Part shown: positions 54,701 to 64,000 of the stretch, piece by piece
How positions within the stretch are numbered: position 1 is the first letter of the stretch
How the letters are laid out: every line of letters begins with the position of its first letter
DNA from: Harriotta raleighana
Lineage: Eukaryota
NCBI GenBank assembly: GCA_050575255.1
Contig: JBNZDD010013510.1
Location: 297,636-361,635, forward strand
Length of the DNA stretch: 64,000 nucleotides
Reading direction: 5' to 3'
Notes under the pieces: model-generated
Databases searched by the model: none
What the model saw: the letters and a program-made list of their open reading frames with translations, nothing else
What the model was told of the DNA's origin: nothing
Program-made: the position numbers and the translations under genes

Positions 54701-57145
54701 CCTTTACCAAATATAATTCTTCATACAGACAATAACTTTTTTTTGGAAATTGTCCCTACTATAAGAGGCTTCACAAAGTTATACATGATAAATGGATGAA
54801 TGACTAATTAACTGATTGGCAGAGAGAATTGACAAAAAACAAAATAAATCATTGTTTCCATCTTCTATTTCCTCCACTGGATATTCATTATGCAATTCAC
54901 AATCCTTTCCAACTTCCCATTGCAAGAATCAAATCATTTGGAAACAAATTGTTCATTGTTTGTAACTTTAAAAAAAAGCTTAATCTGTTAGTTGTTGTGT
55001 ATCTTTTTGTCATGGCAATGCATTTTAAACAGGATACATTATATATTCCATTAAAAAGTATGACTTTTGTTGCTGATCACATCTGCCACTGTAAAATCTG
55101 ATTATTTTGTGAAACTTCATTAGCAGATTTACACTGCCAGAAAGAACCATCTGGTGTACTGAAAGCTCTTCTTTGTGACCAACATGAGACACTAAACTCT
55201 AGACGAGCCTGTTCTTGTTCGATTAAGGAATGGAAGCTTTCAAGAGAGCTCCCTGATGTGTGGACGCAGCTTTAAATGGGAACTTGACTTTAAAATGAAT
55301 TTTTGGCGCATTGGCCGCGAAATAGCTAAATTAATTTATTCTACACTTACCAAAGGAATTCCCTCTGATGGTTCAAAACGTTAACTAACATCTCTTTGGG
55401 TTGATAGAATTGGGAGAAAAGGGGACTGAGAGGTTGCCGAAGTAAACAGTTTAAGTTTACAAGTTAAATCAACAGCAAATATTGAGATCACGGAGCAGAT
55501 AATGCTTTCTTTAATATATATCATATATACTAATAAAAACAACAATGTCCGTCGGTCTATGCTTCAAGAAGGATCTCAATAACTGATTGGCATAGAGACA
55601 TGATTTATCCCCCATCGGAAAGTCTTGCACCTGTATTTTCAGGTGTCTCCTATTGTTGAGGAGTTGTGACCTAAAATGCATTTCAGTTTTGCCTTTCCAC
55701 CTGCAGTTATACCTGATGGCTACCGAGTCAAAGTGACACTGAAACATCATGCGTTACATGATACAAATGTGCACATGCATTGCAGTTACATTGGGTGGCC
55801 TGATATCTTATGTCACAGAGCACACATGCAGCACAGCAGCATTGCGACCAAATAAAGAACACAGACAAAGCTAAGCCACGGAAACAACAACAAAATTACA
55901 TTTTCAAAGCGCCTTTCACGTCAGGAGGACATCCCAGTGATTATAAATTATACACTTGTATTTCTCCATTGTAAAGATGCCTCAGCCAAAATCAAACCTT
56001 TCAAGGATAAGTAAAAACGCTAGATAAAAGAGAGAAGGCCCATTAAATGAAACTGAAGAACAAAGAGGAATGAGGCTGAACTTCAATGCTTGAAAGGATT
56101 GCAACAACAGCCAAAATGAATCCTCCCAGATGAGTATAGATAAAGATGAAATGTCTGTCTGTGTGTCTGTATCATTGTCAATCTACAAGCCATGTTGGAT
56201 TCTTTGGTTGCAAGTGTAGCTTGACAGTTACCAATTGAAACAAGGTTCAAATGAATCTTGAATCTACATGATGAATTTGATTTACTCTGACAAACCATCC
56301 TCATACAAAGACGAAAGAGCACTTAATGTGTAGTCATCAATCATATTAGCTCATTTTCATAAAACAGCAGTGCAGAACTTTACTTCAAGGCCTAGCATAC
56401 ATCCTTCTTGGTGATGGTCATAAAAAAAGTACAGGAAAACAATCCTCCTGAAAAATATTCTTACTTTGTTACGTTTCTTTGACCTTTATATCATCTGTCC
56501 AACAGATGCATTGGAAAACTACTTCCGATGACTGAAATAGCAGGCTAGAAAAGACAAAACATCTATTTTGGCCTCCAGAGATCACTTGTAAGCTGGACCT
56601 TCAGATAAACCTAGAAAGCCGTTAAAGAAGCAAACAACAAAACAGGAGTGGCAATGAGATAAATACAGGCTCACACACAGCCTGTATTTCAGATTTTGTT
56701 TTGTTTTTATAACTGGCCTCTGCAACCACTGAAGTTTGCCACGTGCTTCATATGCTGAGAGAGGGAGAGAGGTATACTGTACTGTAAAACTTGTGATCTT
56801 TGTTACATGACAGGCGTGAATATTTTACTAAATTGCGTAATGGCGCAAGATTAATTTTCTGTGTAGACTTTATATGGAACAATAGATACAGCAGGTGCAA
56901 ACAAAATTCATAATCACACAACGTCAAATTTGGAGATCGTCACAAGCCACCCCAGTGAAGTTCGAGTTCTGCCAGTGTATTGCAGAATTCTTATTCACAT
57001 TTAAAATGCAAATGGCCCAATGACCCAGGCATCCACGGACAAAACATTTTTTTTTAAAACAGAATATGAAAACTGTCATCATACGCATTCAAAAATCCCT
57101 TTTGAGCTCAAACGTTGTTCAAACAGAATCATTGATTTACTGTAC

Positions 57146-57313
57146 CTGGGACATATCCTGAGGCAGAAGTACAGGCATCCAGATCCGGATAAGCGAACAA
57201 GCCGACGCAAGAGCGTACATTTTCACAGACGCAATGACCGTTTAACAAGTTACAACCAGAGATCTCAGGGCACAATTCAGCTTCTGGTATAACATCCTCA
57301 ATGAATTCTATCT
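57146..57313 (-). CDS. CRIM1: CRIM1-family gene, internal exon equivalent to human exon 2 (Cys-rich segment after the IGFBP domain), 168 nt, phase 1-1
   Basis: Acceptor tttcttttgcag|AG ATA GAA; donor CCA G|gtacag. Translation IEFIEDVIPEAELCPEISGCNLLNGHCVCENVRSCVGLFAYPDLDACTSASGYVP matches the Cys spacing of human CRIM1 GCNIINGKCECNTIRTC..F.FP..D.C (recalled). Exon 1 was not seen in 57314-64000 and is probably beyond the window. Confidence 0.88.
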
Positions 57314-57730
57314 CTGCAAAAGAAAGAAACATTCCCTATTAAGACATAGTAAGTATGACAAGGTTTTGCAGAGCTTATTACAAGATGCTCAGGGGTTGAA
57401 GAGAATGGTCAATCATTACAAAAACCATAAGCATTCTTCTGTTAAGAGGAGTGGACAATACTGGCATAGAATATGGTAGATAATCAGAAATTCAGCATGC
57501 TTTATGCTTTATGCTATTTGCTACTCTAAAATAGGCAATGTCAATTTGCACAGCTTCTTAAATCACTGTAAGGAATACAGTTTAATTAGCAAGTTTAACA
57601 GCAGGAGATTCAACGCGAGGAGCTCGAACCTGACCAAACTGGCTCTGTTAGATTTTGTTGAAGAAATCAAATGGGAACTTCAAGATGGGGAATGGTTTTG
57701 CTATCTTAATATTGTTTGGCTCATCAACTA

Positions 57731-58168
57731 AGTCAATTCACTTTCCAGTATATTCTGTGAAGTGTTTTGTGGCGTCTCAACAACGTGATAAGGCACAATA
57801 TCAAATGCAAAGATTATTATTATTATCATTATGATTGTTATCATTAACAGTCCTATATTTAAACATCCAAAAGTAGTAAATTATACTTAATAAAATATTC
57901 AGGTAAAGATATTGTGGGCAGAAGGCGGCAGTCAATTGCGCCCAGCAGTGTCCCACAAACAGTCGTGGATTGAGTGACAAAATTATTATTGTTTTTATTA
58001 AGGATTATTATTCCCTGAAATGCAATCCTACGTACAACCGGGTTACTATTTACTGCTCAGTAAACAGAGGAGTGTGGAGTAAGGAAACCTGCATAACATT
58101 TCGCCCTGCGGGGAATCAAACCCAGCTCTCCTGCTTGTGAGGCGAGTATTCTAACCCCTGGAGCTACA
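57731..58168 (-). mobile_element. SINE with a longer central domain, split by a small inversion (tail on + at 57731-57830; body and head on - at 57909-58168)
   Basis: Two complementary, non-overlapping pieces of the SINE family sequence in opposite orientations. Confidence 0.78.
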
Positions 58169-59814
58169 TGTACAGTACTATTTGGCAATTTGTTTTGTGC
58201 TCATCAAGGCATGATTGTAAACACGCTTTTCTCCATGCTTGCATCAGTCATTTTGGGTGAGCAACGGCAAGGGGTCAGTGGAGAAAGCGAGTTGCACAAG
58301 AGGTTTTATTGCTTTGCACTACTGTGGTTGTAAATGTGGCGACACTGAAATTTGAGAATAAACTGGCCATTGCTCTCCACTCAACACTGTGCTGGCATCC
58401 CATCTGCAATGGCACATGGACAGCACACTTGGTGGGAATGTTCCAAGTGTGGAGGTTGCCAGCCTACCCAAAATATGTCAGCCTAACGCAGCTTTGTCAA
58501 TTAAAGCCACATTGCCAAATTTGAAACAAGCAGTTGGATTCTCATCAATGATGCTTTATTTCTGCTGCTTGTGGGAGGATGGAAAAGTAGGGGTGGGAGG
58601 GAGGGAGGGAGCGAGAGAAGCAAAAGTGTCTTTGCTCCTGGCAATGAGTTGCCCCGGGGTTTTATACTGCTTTATTCTACATCACTTTCAATCGGGCTGT
58701 AAAAATGCAAACACTCAATTGTACAGTTTTCTGAAATGCAACCAAAATCAGCTTTTGTTTTATTGCTATTGAAGAAAGTTTTGTGAGATTTGCTCCTTAA
58801 TAAAACGTGTTGCGTTTAAAGTTCCCAGTTCATTGAACAGAATAGCAAGCCCTGTCTAAGTCACATCAGGCGGTTTATACTGCATGGGTGAGTTACAATA
58901 CTTCCGCCTCAAGGTGGCTTCAGAAACAGCACGATTCGTTTTGGTTGAGACCCTCTTCATATTGCACCTTCGTCAGCAAATCATTGCAAAAATGTCATAG
59001 TTTGCCACCAAAAACAACCAATATAAAAAAGTTAGTAGCATTAACACTAAAAAGGAAAGCAATAAGCTCCCTCTCGCCACTGGAACCTAATCATATGCAC
59101 GGATCCAAACATAGAACACCCCCTCCCCACCAAACCTGTGCAAAGTATTACACGCTATCCCATTGTGATGGCCCCTCTCATCGGCATTTATCAATACAGA
59201 CCTGAATTGAATTGCTCAATGTACCATACAATGGATTTAAACTATCCCAAGCTCATTGCAATCATGGCCAGCAGAGAAAAGAGACTTTTATTCCTTCATT
59301 CACTTGGGTTCAATTCAAACCCAAGTCCCTGAGGTGAAAAGACAGCAAGCCAATACTCTGTGCCAGCTGATTCCCCGAAAATATAAAAACTCCTCTAGAG
59401 TAGCTAAATGCGACATATAGTAAAAATATACTTTGAGGAAACGTAATGACAGCTGATTCAAATTAGTGAGCTGGACCTCCTTATGAGGTGCGTTACACAA
59501 TCAATAGAATGATCAGATCCCACGACCATACAGCAAGAGGCAAAGTTAACAAGCAAACAAGTGATTCTAAAAGTGGGGTAATATTCATTGTAAATGTTGC
59601 AAATAGCAAACAATGACCAATTTTACTTAGTTTAATAAAAATGTAGTTTGGGATTTGTTTATTCTGATGGACTTGCTAGGTGCTTGGTAGCCAAACAGAT
59701 GCCCATTTGCAATTTTAAATGTTCTTGAATAAAAATGATATTATTTAATAGCATCTGGGTTTAGAAAAAATAAGCTAAGTATTAATTAATATCAAATGCA
59801 ATTATTATATAATG

Positions 59815-59987
59815 TATAAAAATCCTTACATTTGACATAGTGCTTTTCACATCTTATCGACGTCTCAAAGCGCTTCACAGAATATACTGTAAAGTGAATT
59901 GACTGTATATTTCTGGGTTATTGCCAATTGCGCACAGCAGTGTCCCACAAACAGTCATGGATTGAAAATGACCCATTTTTATTATTC
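59815..59987 (-). mobile_element. SINE 3' half
   Basis: aatccttacatttgacatagtgcttttcac ... tgtcccacaaacagtcatggattgaaaatgacc. Confidence 0.85.
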
Positions 59988-60601
59988 AATCAATCAATCA
60001 AAATTTTATTTATATAGCGCCTTTCACGTCGGGAGGACGTCCCAAAGCGCTGTACAGCCAAGTAGGGGGGGAGGGCTCAGGGAAAGGAGTAGGAAAAATT
60101 GACCGTATATTTGTGGGCGAAACGCGGCAGCCAAATTGCGCACAGCAATGTCCCACAAACACACACAGAAATGGGGGAAAAAATGGCAAGGGGGAGAAAT
60201 GGAGGGGTAAAATCAGGGAAGAGAAGGGGGGGGAGAAAGGGGGACAAGGGGGAAATCAGGGAGGGCAAAGAGGGAGAAATGTTGGTAAGGGGGAAGAGGG
60301 AGGGAAGGGTGGGTAGGAGGCAAAACCAAGGAGAAAGAGGGGTAAGGGGGAAGAGGGAGGAAAGGGAGAGAGGGAAGGAGAAGAATAAAAAGGGGGAAAA
60401 ATCAGGGGGCAGGGGGAGTTTAAACAACAACAAACAACATCAACAATAATAAACATTGTGGGTTATTTGGAGAGATCATCACTGTGTTAGGCGTGTGGAG
60501 TAAGGACACTTGCCCAAGGTTTCGCCTGGATCTGCCTGGATTCAAACACAAGTCTTATGCTTGTAAGGCGAGTGCTCCAACCACTGAGCTACAGGAGCTC
60601 C
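59988..60601 (-). mobile_element. Composite SINE: tRNA head, pyrimidine tract, Deu block and young L2-type 3' end
   Basis: Head at 60490-60601, G/A-rich tract on + at 60167-60420, Deu block at 60097-60163, L2 stem-loop with (TTGA)n tail at 59988-60060. Confidence 0.75.
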
Positions 60602-63529
60602 ACAATAGTAATTATATTACAGTATTATAATTACTGGATGGAAGACTTGATACACTATGCTTTTCTCTGGGCAGAACTACCAGTCCACTTAAGCCCGCCC
60701 AGCCCGCAGCTGGAGTCCAGCTGCCCAAATGAACACACTAGTCAGTTCCACAAGAGACGTTGGTCTGTCACAGCTGATTTGTCCTATTTGTATGAATTTG
60801 TGAATCCCAGATTATTGTATAAAGTTGCTTCTCATTGTCATTTTTGCTGGTTGATGTTCATACCCATTGGTCTTTATATCATTCCAAAGTGTTTACAAAT
60901 TATCCAAATATATTGAGATGCATTACGATGTGCCAGGGCTTGATTTGATAACAATATGTGGTCCACTGTTTCTGGTGTTTGATGACACATTCTGCAATTT
61001 TTCTCCTTATGATCTTAATTTCATGATACAGTATCAGGTTATTATTATGATTACAGCAAGTGCAAGTATTAGTATTACAGTATTATTATTAGGCTGGGTG
61101 AATAACCTACTTTTGTTTTGTTGCTTATTTTTCAACACCCCATCTGAACTTTTGAGGGGAAAAGGGAAGTTGAAGGAGTGGGACAGTGTGCATAAAGGTA
61201 AAACATGTTGAAAAAAAGCAGATGCACATTAATGATCATGCTTTACACAGTAAATTCAAACACGTTTGAGCTGAAAGCATTTTAGAGACAATCATCCTTC
61301 AATATTTCCCACAAAATACGATAGAATACACTGCAGACACAAAATGCGTTGAAAATAGCAACAGTAGCCAGAACGGCAGTTGCGTCAGAATGTGCAACAC
61401 AACAGTTCTTCATCTCCTTTGAGAGCAAAATCCTACTGGAAGGAATTGAACTTGGCGGGGGGAAGGAGCTGAACTTTTGTAAACTTCTATCTACAGCACG
61501 GTTGTTCGGTTCAAAATTATTCACTAACATAGAAATAGCCTTTTTAGGCAAGGCTTAGAGATAAAACATTTCCAAAGCTGCCAATGTGTGGGTGGAGTGT
61601 TGCGAAGGTAAACAGGAAAAGAAAGTCACTGGTGACTTCCATTTAAAAAAAACTTTTTGAACACACAAATATTTTCATTGGCACCAGAGCGAGAAATTTT
61701 CCTCAGAATTCCAAAACTGACGATGCTAAATCACTGCAATGAGCATTGCAGGAACGTTCTGTTTTTCTCGAGCGGGATACAGCACACCAACCATTGATAC
61801 AGGCGGCTTACTCGTTCTGTAATGGAAGTTCCTTCTACGTTTTCCAAGAGGTCATTCGTACTACAAAACCCTCATTGTGTTTCGTCAGCTTTACAAATGA
61901 AGCAGTTTCTATAGCTTTACAGAAAGCTACGTCAAGAATCGTTTTAGGGACGGGAGACGACGATCTCAACCTGTCGAGAGATGAGTCTCAAATGACACTT
62001 CCAACAAAAGTAACAAGCAGCCTCACTGCCTATACGTCTCATCGCTTAGCAACGTACAAACATTAGCTCAGTGACAACAGGCTTTGATGATTTAAATTTT
62101 CTTTCTTTTTAAAAAAAACTAGTAGCAAGGCGTGATTTTTAAAAAAAATGCTCATCTTATGTTGATGATTATGTTGTTAAGCATACACAAGAGTATTCTG
62201 GAGGGGGAGAACTACATTTATTGGGAGAGTGCTTTCTTTTCATGTACGTTCGATCCTCATATGATCAAATCTTCACAGACAATATCCCTCAACTCTTAAC
62301 TCTATACAATCTTGAAGCTACACTTAGAAACAGCATCTCCCACTGTAACATTACTCTATGAAACAATTCCTGAACAGTTGTGCGCTAATCTGCAGTAGAT
62401 TTCCATGTTTAAAAAAGATTGCAAGGACTATCACCCATGATGTGAGAGGAAAATGTTCCTTTCAATCAATGTCCAACTAATTTATCCAAGTGTGACATCT
62501 GGACTGGATACCTAACAGGCAGATAACACTGACAATGAACTCTGCCCAGAATCTGACTGCCAATTGATTGATAGCTGAGAGTATAACCCCAGGCCATACT
62601 TGCTGAAATATTCTATCACTTTCCCAGCAGCAACTAACTGTATGCTTCGCTATCTCTTCAATTTTTAATTGTTCTTTTATGACAGCTTTAGTTCCAGTTG
62701 CTTCACTCGATGAATTGAACAAACAAAAATTCTTGAGGACTGAATCATACAAAATTCATGAAGTGAAATCAAGAGAACTGGGACTCTTACAGAAAACTGG
62801 TTAATTAAAAGCTTAGAAAAAAAAACTCACGTCGCTGAAGGGAGAACCGTATTACAGAGCCTCAAAGGCAAAACTATTTTGCTCACCCAGCCACCGACCG
62901 GCTGGTGTAAAGATAGTCATACTAAGACCAAGTTTGCTTTGGTTTTTAAAAAAAAACGACATGCATTAAAGTGGTTGTCATTGAATTATTCAAATCCAGT
63001 GGTCTGGATTATGTTTCAGGTCTGATAAAATTAGTTGAGATTGAGCTCATGTAAGGTTGCACTGACCCAACAGCTGGAGCCATGGTTATTTCACTGAACT
63101 CCAATGCACGTTTACAAAGAAAAATAAGCGTGATTGTGATTGTTGTTAGTTTGCAAAGGTGAGAACACAAGTTCATTCCCCCACCCCCGCCAGTTAGATC
63201 CCTGCATAGAACTCACTCGGACCCATTCTAACATGCATAGCATCATCCTATCTTAGATAAAGTTGATACCCTCTCCTTTGTTCAGCATCAGGACTCTATT
63301 CAGTCAATCCAATACCTAAATATCTGTCACAATTTTTTGTCTTTACCATGCACTAGTCAAAGGCCATAACTATTATGATTACAATCAGGAAATGACGCAC
63401 TTGCTGGAACGTTTGGAATGAGGGTTGCTGTCATCTTCCAGTGGCTCCATGACCACACTAGTTAGATTTACATCTCCCTTGAATAAACAGAATATTGATA
63501 TTGGAGCAGAAGTATCAGACCTGCAAGAG

Positions 63530-63690
63530 TGAGGTCGATAGATTTTTGGTGGGTCGGGGTATCAAGCGATATGGGGAAAAAGCTGTAAATTGGAATTGAC
63601 AGGATTAGTTGAGGTACAGACCAGCCATGATCTAATTAAATGGAGGGGTGGAACAGGCTCGAAGGGCTGAATGGCCTACTCCTGTTCCCT
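63530..63690 (+). mobile_element. CR1 3' UTR fragment
   Basis: cagccatgatctaattaaatgg...ggaacaggctcgaagggctgaatggcctactcctgttcc; same 3' end as the 24965 element, opposite strand. Confidence 0.85.
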
Positions 63691-64000
63691 AAGATAGAAC
63701 TTCTGTTCTTTCATGCTTTACAAATATAAACTCAAATAAAATTACATCTGCTCAATTAAGAGCTGACAATTAATTAACTTAAAAAATGCAATGAGCAAGG
63801 TGTTAAAATAACTCACATCTAATTCAACACTTTAAGATTTTTAAACTATGTAACATTTTTATGTCGCAGTTTATTTGAAACAGAAGCTTTTGATCCCCAG
63901 ATTTGCGCCGTTTAAATTCTATCCCTTTGATGATTTAAGATACAGTCCTGCAGGCTGTATTTCGTCAAGTTTCGCTTGTGGGTTTACGCTGATTGAAGTT

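Noticed and set aside
56661-56689. 11-bp stem hairpin aaatacaggct-cacacac-agcctgtattt
   Set aside because: Too short to be distinguished from chance in 64 kb of AT-rich DNA.
57139-57145. Alternative exon-2 donor (ACA|gtaaat)
   Set aside because: It gives phase 0 and would frameshift against the phase-1 acceptor of exon 3.
60077-60456. Pro/Leu-rich and Gly/Arg/Lys-rich ORFs
   Set aside because: Translations of the low-complexity purine tract.

Overview
Vertebrate nuclear DNA, AT-rich and intron-dominated. The repeat content (shark-type CR1 3' ends, L2 with (TTG)n tails, tRNA/Deu-domain SINEs) suggests a cartilaginous fish, probably a chimaera such as the elephant shark; the species is inferred. 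The whole window lies inside one minus-strand CRIM1-family gene (cysteine-rich BMP regulator). I reconstructed eight internal coding exons with canonical GT-AG boundaries and consistent phases: 57146-57313, 19450-19692, 14838-15020, 13032-13229, 5594-5722, 3692-3845, 3029-3150 and 503-721. They total 1416 nt (472 codons) and correspond to human CRIM1 exons 2, 3, 6, 7, 8, 9, 10 and 11. I found no equivalent of human exons 4-5, which encode the RGD-containing repeat. Together with the divergence from human CRIM1, this suggests an RGD-less CRIM1-like paralog. The rest is intronic: LINE and SINE copies, microsatellites, candidate conserved non-coding blocks, one 77-nt near-perfect hairpin, and 12 single-N assembly joins with duplicated flanks. 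There are no prokaryotic systems, CRISPR arrays, rRNA or real tRNA genes, and most ORFs in the supplied track are spurious. Comparisons to human CRIM1 and to repeat families are from memory, not computed.
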